Below, in pieces: positions 23,901-36,055 of a stretch of 64,000 nucleotides of DNA. The notes below the pieces were generated by a model, which ran no database searches, had not been told where the DNA came from, and saw only the letters and a list, made by a program, of their open reading frames with translations. The stretch's first letter is position 1; each line of letters begins with the position of its first letter. The position numbers and the translations under genes were made by a program. This DNA comes from Dudresnaya verticillata (lineage: Eukaryota), in assembly GCA_977862235.1 (NCBI GenBank), contig OZ374563.1, positions 1,488,001 to 1,552,000 of the forward strand, given 5' to 3'.

Positions 23901-25501
23901 AGGGCGTTACACCTAGCCCACTACCCCGAGATGGCGGGACACCCAGGTGGAACCCGGATGTATCATAACCTGCGAAGACAGGTTTATTGGCCAGAGATGG
24001 CATTGGATGTATACGCCACCGTGCGTAATTGTGTCAAATGCGCACAAGAGCGGGTGAAGTTGCGAAAACATGCTTCGCATATGAAACTCTTCCCGGCAAC
24101 CATGCCGTTAGAGTTCGTAGGAATCGATATCCTGGGCCCGTTACCCGCTCCGGGAAGGGAAACGAGTTCCTGTTGGCTATGACGGACCGCTTCTCAAAGC
24201 TGACGCGAGCAATACCGATGAAAACGGTAACCGCCTATACAGTGGCGAAGGCGTTTTGTGACCATTGGGTCTTTATCTATGGACCGCCCCGTTACGTCCT
24301 TTCAGACAATGGGTCTCAATTTGCCTCTAAGTTCTTCCTCGCCGTGTGCGATATCCTACGGATTCGGAATATGTTCACGTCGACATACCATCCCCAAACT
24401 AATTGGCAAACCGAGAGGTTCAACCGCACCATCCTAGCGGGACTTCGCCACTTCATAGCGGAAGACCAGAGGGACTGGGACGAGTTCACGTCAGCGCTCA
24501 CGTACGCTTACAATACGACAGTGCATCGCGCTACAGGGTTAGCCCCTTTTGACTTGGTTCTGTCAAACCCACCGACTTCCCTTCTATTGGAACAAGCGGA
24601 AACGGTAGACATTGACGGGATACCCGCTACGAACGTCAAGAAGCGCCTAACCGCTCTGCTGGAAAAGCTCATGGATACGGCTCTGCCGAGGATGCAACTA
24701 GCGCAAAAGCGCTATGAAACCAACTTTAATAGCCGCATTCGACCGGCTAACCAAAGGGTACGTCCTGGGTCGTGGGTATTCCTCGAACGGGAAACCAAAG
24801 TGAAGGACGCTTCAGGCGTGGCGAGGGAAGGGAAACTGTTCCCGAAAGCCCTTGGGCCATATAAGGTCCTCGAGAGAGGAACCCATGTGGTGGTTCTCGA
24901 CATCAAGGGCGACAGAGAAACAATCTCTTTGGACCGAGTCACCTTGGCTCCATCGCCACACGAAGCGCCGCTGGCACTAGACATGACTCCCACGGTAGTG
25001 GAAATGCCACCGGATACAGGTGCAGCACCTTCAAGTAGCCCAACTGGGCCAACCGACGGGCCCAACACAAACGGCACTGGGCCCCCGATGAACACCGCTT
25101 CAGGCGATAATGAACCGGCCCATCCCGAAGCACCTGGTGCTGAAGGCGAGACACTGGCTGACACAGGTGGGGGTGCGCAACCTAGCGGCGCCCATACTGC
25201 GCCTGTTGTCCCCCAACGACGGGAGAATGCTCCTAGAGATGAGGGTGTGGACGCGTCATCACCTCCGCCGACAGTGGCTGAAGGGACGTCAAGCCGCAAA
25301 TTCTCGCGCTTGAAGAAGGCACCACCACGCGAACACGTGTACCAAAGGATAGTTTCCTATGACCCCGACACACACCTTTATCGTGTGCGGTGGTTCCAGA
25401 GCCCGGCTTCCAAGGACACTTGGGAGCCCAAGGGGCATCTCCCTCACAATTTGGTGGCGAGGTACCATCGCCAAAAAGGTATACCTTTCCCTGAAACTTA
25501 A
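20963..25501 (+). pseudogene. G2 pol with stops and frameshifts
   Basis: LDTGAG; LRFCVDYR, MPFGL, YLDD; DTDA, NYSVGEKECLAV, TDHQ; H..GHP..CVKC, SDNG, ERFNR; YRVRWF..DTWEP, spread over several ORF pieces. Confidence 0.93.
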
Positions 25502-25639
25502 CGTAGTGAATAACCGCGTTGAGTAAGGCACCAGACCTACAATTGGTCTCAGTCAAACCCGCACATCCAAGCAGTAGTTATGCTGTACGAATTCATATCT
25601 ACGACTCTGAGATATAATCGTTATGAGTTGAGGGAGAAC

Positions 25640-26287
25640 AGTGGTTCTGTTTCGAAAGGGGCATCCTCGCGCCTATATGAGTCCAACCTATGGGCTATGT
25701 GTGGGATGCACCCATGACCGGGCGCGCAGACGCAGAGGTTAGCCTCTCAAAACATGCGACAAGATAGGTGGCTACAGAAGGGTCAAGACTCTGGATAAGA
25801 TGTATGGAAATGGATAGATGGAAGAAGAGTCAAGAATCTGGATAGATGTATGACATGGATGGATGTTAGAAGGATTGGATCCTGGATAGATGCATGGAAA
25901 TGGGAAATGGATAGATGTGAACAAGAGGTGGACTCTGTAAGATAATCTCGCTAAGGCGAGCGTAAGCTAGGGATTTAGGAGTCGATGCCTCGTCGGAGGA
26001 GCAACTAACGCTAGCATCAGGCCAATACCTTGATGGGTAGAGCGGCCAAAACCTGGCTACCTCAAGGGATCACTCCTGAAAGGTACAAGCTATGGAGGCC
26101 TCGTTAGGGCTCTTAGCGGGTGATTTTACAGTCTCGCTGACTAACTTATAATTTATTATGACCCTAACTCATAAGCGTTACGACGCTTCCTGGCGGCTGA
26201 ACTGCCCAGAAGCAACGCTATCGCTACAAACACGATGGGATTGAACCCAGTAAGGGCGTAAGGCAAAAAGGCGCCTAACCCCAGACT
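25640..26287 (+). repeat. Probable G2 3' LTR (partial) with ~44-bp imperfect tandem repeats at ~25788-25940
   Basis: Follows a purine run GAGTTGAGGGAGAAC; contains the TTTACAGTC motif seen in the G1, G3 and G4 LTRs; start uncertain. Confidence 0.45.
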
Positions 26288-27803
26288 TGAAAAGGAATAT
26301 GGAGAGGTTGAAGTTGAACAAGATGAGAAATGGAAGTCGCTTGACTTCGTTTACTGCAGTCGACCATCCGATAAGGCTTATATCAGCTTTCCGGATGAGT
26401 TGCTGCGAGAACACAAACAAAACAAATCATTAAAGATACGCCCAAAATCCCTATCATCAAATGGGCGGGAAAAAGTAAAGCAATCAAATCTACCAATACA
26501 TACTCTCAGCACACTCACATCCGCCACCAAAATGGGCGGGAACTTGCACACCAGTGTTGCTAACTGCCGACATCAGCAATCCCTCTTGCGACCGCATTTC
26601 CTGCCATCCATATGTACTCCAACTTTGGGCGGAAACTCGAAAGTATCGAGTGTCCCCGCATGGCTGCTGTCGGACAACACTGCACACCACGTGGCCGCAC
26701 TTACGAGCTGAAGTCCGTCCATGAATATCTAACTTGGATCATTAACCACGTAATCACCCAGATTTGCCTACGTGGCAACTGTAAACCAACGTGTCGGCCG
26801 CACGACAGCTACGTGGCAACTGTAAACCAACGTGTCGGCCGCACGACAACTGCATCTGCTGATATCACAAGCCAGGCTCCACGTAGCGCAAGTCCCTGCA
26901 GTACCAACTCAGACGCCATCAGCACATTGCATGGCACGTTCATATGTACTTGTGGAGTACAGTGCGCGTCATACCAGTACCATTCCATGCCATACCACGT
27001 GCATCCATGTGGTCCAATCAGATCGTTCCACTTGGCCGTTCCTGTTATAACCGCCAATTCCAGCACAACACTTGTAAGCCATATAGACCATGGAGGCCAT
27101 GGAGGCGGTTTGTAACAACCAATCAGAAGCCCGTTTCACGTTGCTTTTGCAAAAGGCCTAAATGCGCCGTGAGTTTGGAAGCCCAGAAAAAGGGCTGTCG
27201 TCTCCGGAAGGTTTGGTGAAAGCGTGCCAGGGTACCATCTGGGGTACCTGACCCGTGACGTGAGGCGCCAGCGACCATGTCCTCAACACTCCTCCTCGAT
27301 GGCTCCTCCAAGTCCAACCCTTGGTAGAATCCTATTGAGCAAAGTGGGCCCGAGTGGCTTTGTCAGCAAGTCCGCGTCGTTGTCTTCTGACGGCACATAC
27401 ACCACTTCCAGAACAGAGTCGGCGACAAGTTCGCGAATGAAGTGTACACGAACGTCGATGTGCTTGGCACGACCAGACGGACAGCGTTCTCCAGTAGCCC
27501 AATTGATGGCAGACTGGTTGTCTGATCTCAATGGAACCGGACCTTCGACGTTCAAGTCAGCCTCCTTCAGCACTCGCGTGACCCAAACCGTCTCTTTCGC
27601 AGCCAGAGTCATTGCATAGTACTCCGACTCGCAAGTTGAGAGAGCAACAGTTGACTGCTTCTTGGATCCCCAAATACACACTGCATCTCCTAGTTTCACC
27701 ATGTAACCAGACATAGATTTTCGGTCTGTGGTGTCACCGGCATAGTCAGCGTCCACATAAGCTTGGATACGAGTGGTTCCGGACTGGTACGTAACTCCAT
27801 GCT
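26288..27803 (-). mobile_element. Truncated Ty1/copia (3' LTR 26288-27288 plus RNaseH fragment)
   Basis: ORF 27283..27756 encodes RNaseH; homology ends at ~27803, fused to the G3 LTR remnant; left flank AGACT. Confidence 0.93.
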
Positions 27804-27969
27804 CGGGCGTGCGCAGCGCTGCATTGTGGCACCCGCGCGTCTGTAACCAATCGTCGATGACGTATTCGCGCCAACGGCGATTGAGCCGTTCCAGGCGACC
27901 GTCCGTCGGTCGACGAGGTTATCGGCGCCCATGGCGAGGAAATAAAAGCCCGGGCCCCCGTGCGCCACC
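27803..27969 (-). repeat. G3 3' LTR remnant
   Basis: Matches ~44278-44443 with about 5 differences; preceded on the minus strand by PPT-like AAGCGGGGGG. Confidence 0.88.
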
Positions 27970-28316
27970 CGACCCCCCGCTTAGACGCGAACACATCCAT
28001 TGACTCAGTCGTACCGCGCAACCTCCATCGGCTGTGACTTCGCTTGTGGAGTGTGCTTTTGTTCGGCGTTGCCGTTTGTGCGACCAGTCTCGCCTGAGGC
28101 GGTCGTGGCGCTTTCCGCGTGGTGCTGACCGACGTCGACTCTTCGCCCGGGGCGTGTGTGAGAGTGCTGCCAAGCGGCCTTGTTGGCTTTCGTCTTTGAC
28201 GTTCCGCGATCCCCGTCCGAGGCGCGCGTGTTATCCCCTCGTCGGCGACGTTATTGTATTGGGTGTTGAGTCCCTTATCGTCGGTGACGTGCGCTTAAGT
28301 CTTCGTCGTTGACGTG

Positions 28317-30530
28317 ATGCCCCAGTACGATGGGGCGCAGATTGCGCCCCCTTCGTCGATGCCGGTATACCCGTCGTTACACGACTTTGTCGGAAAGAGT
28401 CCGCGCGACCACGCGCACCTCTGTGCGAGGGCGCCGTGGTTCGACCCGGCCGCGTTGGGAAACGTAGCGCTGATTGCGCATTACGCCATCGGCGATATGT
28501 TGCCGGGAGAACTTCCCTTGGCAGTCGTCTATTCGACGGAGTGGCGGACGCGTTGCGCGGTCCCGAAAGAGTGGGTGCGTGTGCACCCGGGCCAGTCGCG
28601 GGCCGACGCGCACGCCCACTTCGTCGTTGACGTGTATGGCCGCTTCGCCCGCTTTCCGGGGACCGCCTTGGTCCTGTTGTCGCTGGGGTTGGATGCGGCG
28701 TTTTTCCGCACACACGGCGAGGCCGGTTATGGTTATCGTCTGGCAGAACTGCCGTTGACGCATATAACTCCGTCGTTGGACGCTGGCGTCAGAGACGATG
28801 TCTTGGTGATGGGTGTGCGCTTGCGAGCGGAGTTTCGGTATTCCCACCGAGCGGGCACCTTCTACTGGGAGAGGTGCATTCGCTGGGAGTGCGAGTCCCG
28901 GCGCCGCAAGGGCGTGGTGGTGCCGTATCAGGATACGCAGATTGACCGCTTAGAGCGTACAAAAGTGTCCAACTGTTTCGTCAAGTTACCGCCACTGTGG
29001 CGTGAGATGGAAGTGTGCGAGAGCTTCGCTGCCGAGTTACCCCCGTGCGTCACTTACGTGGGCTCGGAGCTCGTAGTGAACGCGTATTCGCGGTGGTGGA
29101 TCGTCTTCCAGACGGAGTGGGTTGCCAACATTGCTTATGCGTGGTTGTGGGAGGTGTACGATACCTTTCGGATGTACTACCTCCCACCACGCATCGTCGC
29201 GTTTTTCAACGATGTGGACCTCACCGAGACGCTCGGCGGTCAGTGGAACCTCCGCGAGTTCTGGGACTTACGCCAAGTGGCGAGCGAGATCGACTGGGAT
29301 AACCCCGTGATCGTTCCTCTGGGAAACAGCCGCCGAAAGGCGCGTCGTCCGCGTTTCGCGATGAGCCGCAACCACCACGCCTGTGGCGACTGGACTTGGT
29401 ACAATCCTTGGACCAAACTTCGAACGACGGAAAGCATCGCTGAACGTCATCGACCTAGCGACCGGTTTGTGCCGTCGGACCACCCTCGTGGGCTACTGCC
29501 CTCGTGCGACTTTGTCGGAGATTTTCCTCCTCACTTGGCCGTGTTAACAGCCGAGGAGGACGCCTTTCACGCTGCCAGCGGCGGGGTGCACACGTCTGGG
29601 ACGGGCTTCGCGACGCCTATGGCGGTTGAGCCGTCAGCTTCTGCTGCAGAACCGCCAGTGGCGTCGGATGTAACAACTGCGGCTTGGCCGTCTCCTACGC
29701 CAGTGGCGGTTGCTCCCAACGAGGGGAACGTAGCCGTCGCGGACGATGATGGTGACGCTGTCATCGCCGCCCCGGTGCAAACACCAGCGGTCGTTGCAGG
29801 GACGTCGCCGTCAGTTCCAAGCGTCCAAGCCGGTGTTACGGTCTCCCCGGCTGTACCGAGTTGGAATGCCGCGCAGCGCGATGTGGTCCTTTCACTCCTG
29901 CGGGCCGCCGGCGTCGAGCCTAGCGACCCGAGCGGCTCGCCCTCGGATTGGTGGGCTCGCGTCTTGGCGACGGTTCCAACTTCGGTAGCCACGCCTGTGC
30001 GGGGGTCAGCGGCTCTGCCGGTTACGGCGCCTAATGGCGGGGGAGCGGTGGGCTCTTCGTCTACGACGGTGCCGTCCAGTGGCGAAGCGCTTATGACGAG
30101 CAAGGTTGTCCCAACGTCATCGACGGGGGAAATTCCCGGCGCGCCTAAGGCGATCGTTTCGGACCCGGCGGCGAAGGTGGTTAGCAGTCCGAAGACGCCT
30201 GAGGCGAAGGGCAAAGATGCCCTGTTGACGCCTAAGGCGATTGCGTTGCGCTCGACGCCGGTGGCGGAAAAGACTTTGCAGTCGCCGAAGCCGGCGGTCG
30301 CAGCAGCCGTTCATACGCCCGAGGCGACTAGCCAGATCGATGCTACGCCTGAGGCGCAAGTGGATGCCGTAACTAAGGCGGTGACAGTGGCCGGCGCCCC
30401 TCGGGCCGCAGCCACGCCGCCTGGTCCAGCTCCTACGTCTCCGACGGATGATGACGGCTATGAAGCGGCCCTTCGCGAGTCCGCCGAGGGCGATGATGCT
30501 GGCGACTTAAGCTCGTCCAAGGCGGCTTAG
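28317..30530 (+). CDS. Unknown ~737-aa protein, antisense ORF in the G3 3' region (Trp-rich N-terminal domain, Ala/Pro/Thr-rich tail)
   Basis: Uninterrupted ORF starting MPQY; N-terminal ~400 aa align with 56472-58363. Confidence 0.85.
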   Translation: MPQYDGAQIAPPSSMPVYPSLHDFVGKSPRDHAHLCARAPWFDPAALGNVALIAHYAIGDMLPGELPLAVVYSTEWRTRCAVPKEWVRVHPGQSRADAHAHFVVDVYGRFARFPGTALVLLSLGLDAAFFRTHGEAGYGYRLAELPLTHITPSLDAGVRDDVLVMGVRLRAEFRYSHRAGTFYWERCIRWECESRRRKGVVVPYQDTQIDRLERTKVSNCFVKLPPLWREMEVCESFAAELPPCVTYVGSELVVNAYSRWWIVFQTEWVANIAYAWLWEVYDTFRMYYLPPRIVAFFNDVDLTETLGGQWNLREFWDLRQVASEIDWDNPVIVPLGNSRRKARRPRFAMSRNHHACGDWTWYNPWTKLRTTESIAERHRPSDRFVPSDHPRGLLPSCDFVGDFPPHLAVLTAEEDAFHAASGGVHTSGTGFATPMAVEPSASAAEPPVASDVTTAAWPSPTPVAVAPNEGNVAVADDDGDAVIAAPVQTPAVVAGTSPSVPSVQAGVTVSPAVPSWNAAQRDVVLSLLRAAGVEPSDPSGSPSDWWARVLATVPTSVATPVRGSAALPVTAPNGGGAVGSSSTTVPSSGEALMTSKVVPTSSTGEIPGAPKAIVSDPAAKVVSSPKTPEAKGKDALLTPKAIALRSTPVAEKTLQSPKPAVAAAVHTPEATSQIDATPEAQVDAVTKAVTVAGAPRAAATPPGPAPTSPTDDDGYEAALRESAEGDDAGDLSSSKAA

Positions 30531-31723
30531 GGTAACGACTGACTCCTCGTCTTCGACGGCTTAGCGGACGTGGGCGTGGGTGTCGTGGGCTTGGTCGCTC
30601 CTTGTGGAGTGACTCAAGCGGGGAAAGCAGGCGTCTAGCGACGAGGGCGGCGACGTTAACGTAGCCACATAGTTATCGTAAGTAATCGAAGCGATGTTAT
30701 CGAACGCAGATGCGTATTAAACACCTTCGTTACTTTGCGTGTTATCTTACTGATCCCTCGCCGTTGTGAGTCCTGTGCCGTAACCCGCGTCCGCTGTTGG
30801 GCGTTCATCTGAGCGTTTGAGACGTTGAGGGCATGTCGTGCGTGCATCGTATTCCTCGACTCGTCTTCGACGTTAGGGGCAACGCGCATAATCGGCCTCT
30901 CTAATCGCCCTTGGCGCCTTGTCGTAAAACTTGGGCACGGGGCCGGCTCGACGTTGACGGGAAGAGTTACCCACTCGTCTTGGACGTAGTGAGTGGAGGT
31001 GGCGTGCGTTATAAGAACGCCGTCACGCGCCGCCTTGCGTGGCGTTGGCGTTTAGTTGCCGACGGCGTTCTACCGGCCATCTTCGTCTTAACTCGTCCTC
31101 GACGCTTGTTACGACGAGTTTGTTACGGCCCCGGCGCGGAGTCGTCGCTCGTTCCTCCTAGGGTGCGGCCGTCTCCCTCCTCGCTGCGGGCGCGATGCGT
31201 CCTGTACGGACGGCGTAACCGCGATTATTCCCGCCTGCGCCGCTCTCGCGCCAGAGTCTCGGGTCCTCACGTTGCCCTTCTCTGCGTAACCACTACGTCT
31301 CTTTCTTCCCTCTTGGCGCCTGCGGCGTGCGGAACGTCGTACCCCTTGTGCACGGCGGCGCATTTCTGCGAAGGCGGAGTATGTTGGCGGCCGACGTGGG
31401 TCACGTAGTTTGCCGTCCGGGGCGGCCAGCTTCGCGTCCTCGCGAGTAGTGAGAGCGGGGCTTCTCTTCGACCGTTCGGAGCGACACTTGGCCGCTCGCG
31501 AGGCGCCAGTGGCGAATAATTATTTTTGTTATTTTTTCTTATTTTCTTTCCCTGCGCTGTCACCCGGGACCAACGACTGGTGCTTTCGTGGTGCCAGCGC
31601 TTCGGCTCATCTCGGCTGACAGTCCCATTGTGGGGTGTGCGTATGAGGATCCGCCCTGAGCGTGCTTCCGCCTTTGGCGTTCCAGGACGTCAGTCCGTGC
31701 GTGATCAGTCGGGGCGTATTACC

Positions 31724-34700
31724 CTAAACGAGCGTCGTCGATATTCGGTGGAGGGTCCGTTCGCTTTTGGCGGTGGTACCGCACGATATGCGGGGTAGGT
31801 TCGACACCGGTTCCCACGTGTTCGCTGTGGGGGCGTATCCGAACCATTTCACGAAGTAGAGGATCTCTCCGTCATCCGCGAACGCGTGCTTCTCGATCCG
31901 ATCGATGACGTACTCCCCTTCGCTGCCAGCGACTGGTTGCTTACGTTTCGCCTTGGGCGGGTCCTTCGGGTTGCTTGGTCCTCCGCCGTGGTCGTCCAAC
32001 GGTCCTGCGAAGCGTACTCGACGCGAGGATCGCCGTGGGCGGGTAGCATCCCGTATAGCCGAACGTTCGCCTTCGGCGGGAGATGCGCTTGCGTCTGGCG
32101 TTTGCGTTGCCGACATGGTCGGGGTTTGTCTTTCGCTCCTTAGCGTAGCCTTGGTTACGTCGGCGGCGTCCTTAGTCGGGCCAGCCGGCGGCGTAGCCGG
32201 GGTATGCCTGGCGACGTCGAGTCGGGTGCGGATGCCTTGCGGTTGATCGTCGTCTGAGACGGACTGCGATGACTCACTACCGGGTCCGGCCGCGAACGGA
32301 CGCCTGTGGCGAACGGTCACCACGCGTCTGTTGGTCATTCCCATTCGGGGGCGTCGCTGCAGCGGCGTTCGTCTCGTCGTTGAAGACTCCTTGGTTTGGT
32401 GGCGCCCCATTAGACGGCGGACCCGCCGTCGGGGGGTTGTTGATTGCGACGTGACCCGGAGGGGTCGGCGCCCAAACCACGCGGTCCCTTGACAAACGTT
32501 CGCGTTCGTTACGTCCTTTGTCGGCGGTAATCGTACCGTCTTCGACGCTGATCACTCGGTAGGGCCCATCCGCCACTGGTGCCAGCTTGTGCTTGCGCTC
32601 CGCCTGATCCCTTGAGGTGCCTCTGGCGAAATACTCCTTGCGTACGAATACGAAGTCTCCTGCGACAATTTTTTCGGCGCACTTCCGTAGTCGGGTGTCG
32701 AAGTTTCGCTTGTAGCGGGCTTGCGTTTGCGCTAAGGTCGCTGTCGCGGTACTCATCAACGCGGTCAGCCATGCCCTCCACTTCGTGTAGTACTGGCCAC
32801 CGGTGAGGACGCTTTCCAGCGACGGTTCCGCCTGGAGCGACAGCGGGAGTGGTGGCCGGGAGAGTACCAACTCGAACGGCGATAACTGTGTGGACGAGTG
32901 AACCTGCGTGTTATAACCAAAGATCAAAGCATCCGTGAACATATCCCAATCGCGGGGATGGTCCGCCACGTAATGACGCAATGATGCGAGTATCGTTCGG
33001 TTAAACCGTTCTACCTGTCCATTGCACTGCGGGTGATACGTCGTGGTGAAGAGGTTCTCGACACCCAGTAGACGACAGACGTCCTGAAATAGTTTGGCGA
33101 CAAACTGCGGCCCATTATCTGACAGTAAGCGCTTGGGCGGGCCATACACGAATACCCAATGTCGGACGAACGCTTTTGCGATTTCTAGAGCCGTAACTGT
33201 ACGCAAAGGTACCGTCCTGACCAGCTTCGAGAAGCGGTCGACGATTACAAGGAGGAACTTGTTTCCCCGTTTCGTACGTATGAGTTCTCCAAGTATATCG
33301 ATACAAACGAACTCTAGCGGCTCGGTAGCCGGAAACAGCTTCATCTCTTTCACGTTCCTCCGTAGCAGGACGCGGTTCTTCGCGCAAGTAACGCAGTTGC
33401 GAACGGTTGCGTAGCAATCTACCGTCATGGATGGCCAATAGAATTCGCGTCGGAGCGTCTGATACAACTTCCTTCCCCCGGGGTGTGCCGCTAACTTAGC
33501 GTAATGCCTGAGGTGCAGGAGGCGTGCGCGTAACGCGAATGGCACAACGGTTTGTGGCCGGGCCTCTACGGTTCGTATGAGTCGTCCTTGCTCGTCCATC
33601 GCGAACGGTATCGACTCTCCGTCATCGAGACGCTTCCGAAGTTCAGTACAGTATCCGTCGTTGGCCTGGGCGTGGATCAGCTCTTCGTGCGTTACCTGAC
33701 GTAAGAGCACCTCGTCCGCTGAAGGCGTGTTTGCGACGAGTAGCCGGTCGAACTCTTCGAAGTCTCTTTCTAAAAAGTCGGCTTCGCCGTCGGCACCAGT
33801 CGCACCGTCGGTTGACGTCTGATGTTCGTCCTCGACGTGTCCCCCATGATAGCACGGCACATCGTCGTCGATCGGCTCAACCGTCTCCCCATTCGTCTGT
33901 AGACGCGAAAGGGCATCGGCCTGGGTATTCAAGTAGCCCTTCTTATACTTAACGACGAAGCTGAATTCCGAGAAGCGGAGTCTCCATCTCATCAAACGTC
34001 CCGAGGGGTCGCTGATTTCCATCAGCCACCTCAGCGACGAGTGGTCCGTGTGTACGGTGAACGACTCCATCTGGAAGTAAGGGCGCAACGTTGTAACGGA
34101 CCACACTACCGCGAGGCATTCCTTTTCAGAGACGGAATAGTTGCGCTCCGGAGCGGTAAGCGAACGCGACCAGAACCCGAGTGTCTTCCGTTCCCCGTTG
34201 GATTGCGTCTGAAAGAGAGCGCACCCTACTTGGTAGTCTCTAGCGTCACAATCGACGGAGTAGTGCAGGCCTGGCTGTGGTAGCGCCAAAACCTGCGGAC
34301 TGGTTACGGCCTCAACGAGAGTTTCGAACGCGGCCGCTTGTACTTCGTCAAATGAAGGTAGTGTGAACTCTTGCTCCTTTCGGAGCAACTTATTGAGGGG
34401 CGACGCGACATGCGCGTAGCGCGACACGAATCTAATATAGACGTTACACAACCCGAGGAAGCTGCGTAGCTCTTTCTGGTCCCGCGGGTGCTTGGCTTCG
34501 CGTAGGGCGGCGGTGACCGTTCGGTCGACTTCCAATCGTCCCGGACGTATCACGTGACCCAGGTAAGACAGTCGGGGTGAAGAAGTCACACTTGGCCAAC
34601 TTCAGAGTTACCCCAGCTCGGTGGAGAGTCGAAAGAATCTCGTCAACGTGACGGAAGTGCGTGTCCACGTTCTTGGAAAAGAGAATAACGTCGTCCAAAT

Positions 34701-35069
34701 AGACGAGGCACGAACGCCACTTATACCCGGCGAGTAATATGTCGAGAGTTCGTTGAAACGTGGCCGGGGCGTTGGTCAATCCGAAAGGCATACGCTTATA
34801 GCGGAAGAGACCGGCGTGGCACGTGAAGGCTGTCTTGTCGCGATCCCGCGGAGCAATTGGCACTTGCCAGTATCCGCTATTACAGTCTAGGGTGGTGAAG
34901 ACGTTGGCATCCCCTAGGCTGTCGATGCACTCGTCAATCCTTGGTAACGGGTACGTATCCCGCACGATTACTGCGTTCAGTCGACGATAATCAACGCAAA
35001 AGCGAAGAGTACCGTCCTTCTTCGGGGCGAAGACGACTGGCGACGCCCAAGGCGATTGTGCGGGTTCGA
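31724..35069 (-). pseudogene. G3 pol: RT, RNaseH, integrase, chromodomain (frameshifted)
   Basis: SPWASP, LRFCVDYR, YLDD; NYSVSEKECLAV; HPG..CVTC, SDNG, VERFNR; EYVIDRI..YFVKWFGY..NTWEP. Confidence 0.95.
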
Positions 35070-36055
35070 AGAGAGAACGAATTTGAGAGAAGGCGCTGCG
35101 GGAAGGACCCCTGGTACCAAAGCGACCTAAGTGAACTTGCACAAGTCGAAAGGCGGCTCGTTCGTACTCGGAGTACCCCTGCAAAGGGCGAAACGGCTTG
35201 CGGCGGGCTTGGTCCATTGCCTGGCGGCTTTGGACGAGTGCACACCCTTTCTCAGTCCCCCAACGGGCAGCAGGGACTGGGCCGGTGATCGTCGTTGCGA
35301 CGCGCCGCGTGGGTCTGAGCGCGCATCAACCCAACGGAACCTCGGGGCGCAGGCCAGCACTAGAACAACGGTACATCCGGTTTCGGGTGTATCGGTTAAA
35401 GAAGAGTGCCTGTGGCCCTCCCGCCAGTGTCCTTGGGGGCCACGCGACAAGAGAGCTGTGTGTGACCGCTTCTCGGCCTGTGTCACACACGGATCCCCTC
35501 GCCTTCTAACGTAAAAACAGTGTTACAGCTGTTTTTACGGAATCTTGAAGGAGTTGCTTGGGGCGCCAAGGTCAAGAGATCCTGCGCCCAAACCCGTCGG
35601 AGGCGCCGGATCTGAGAAGAGAAGGCCCCAAGGTCTCCGTGGAGTGCCTGATCGTTCGCATTGGACGACGGGTTCCGGAGTTAGAAGAGGAAGAAGTTCG
35701 TCCCCGACAGGCCCTAAGTAGCGGTTACTGGCGCTTGTCACGGCTCCACTCGCTGAATTTGCCACGTGTAGGCGACGACGGTGGAGCCAGCCTGTCTGAT
35801 CCAATTCGAATTGGATCTTATCCCAATCTGCTTCCGTGGAGGCGACCAACCCGATTTCAACACGTGTACATCGTGTACACGTTTCACCCTCAGGGCCACC
35901 TCCTGAGCTCATTTCCGAGCTTATTGACACGTTTCCGACGTGTACGCGTCTTCCACGTATTTCACCAAAACGTTCCAGAACATTCTACAAACTTCAAAAA
36001 GTTTCCTGAAAATCCCAAAAACAACAGAAAATCGCCAAAAAAATCCAAAAACAAC

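Larger units (their letters stand above)
20583..26287 (+). mobile_element. Ty3/gypsy chromovirus G2, decayed and 5'-interrupted
   Basis: Order is gag CCHC, PR, RT, RNaseH, IN, chromodomain-like. Confidence 0.92.

Noticed and set aside
28317..30530. env-like gene
   Set aside because: It is antisense to the element, with no evident signal peptide or transmembrane anchor
35558..36055. 531-aa version of LINE ORF1
   Set aside because: It has a non-ATG start and UTR-like composition; the ATG at 36056 is more plausible
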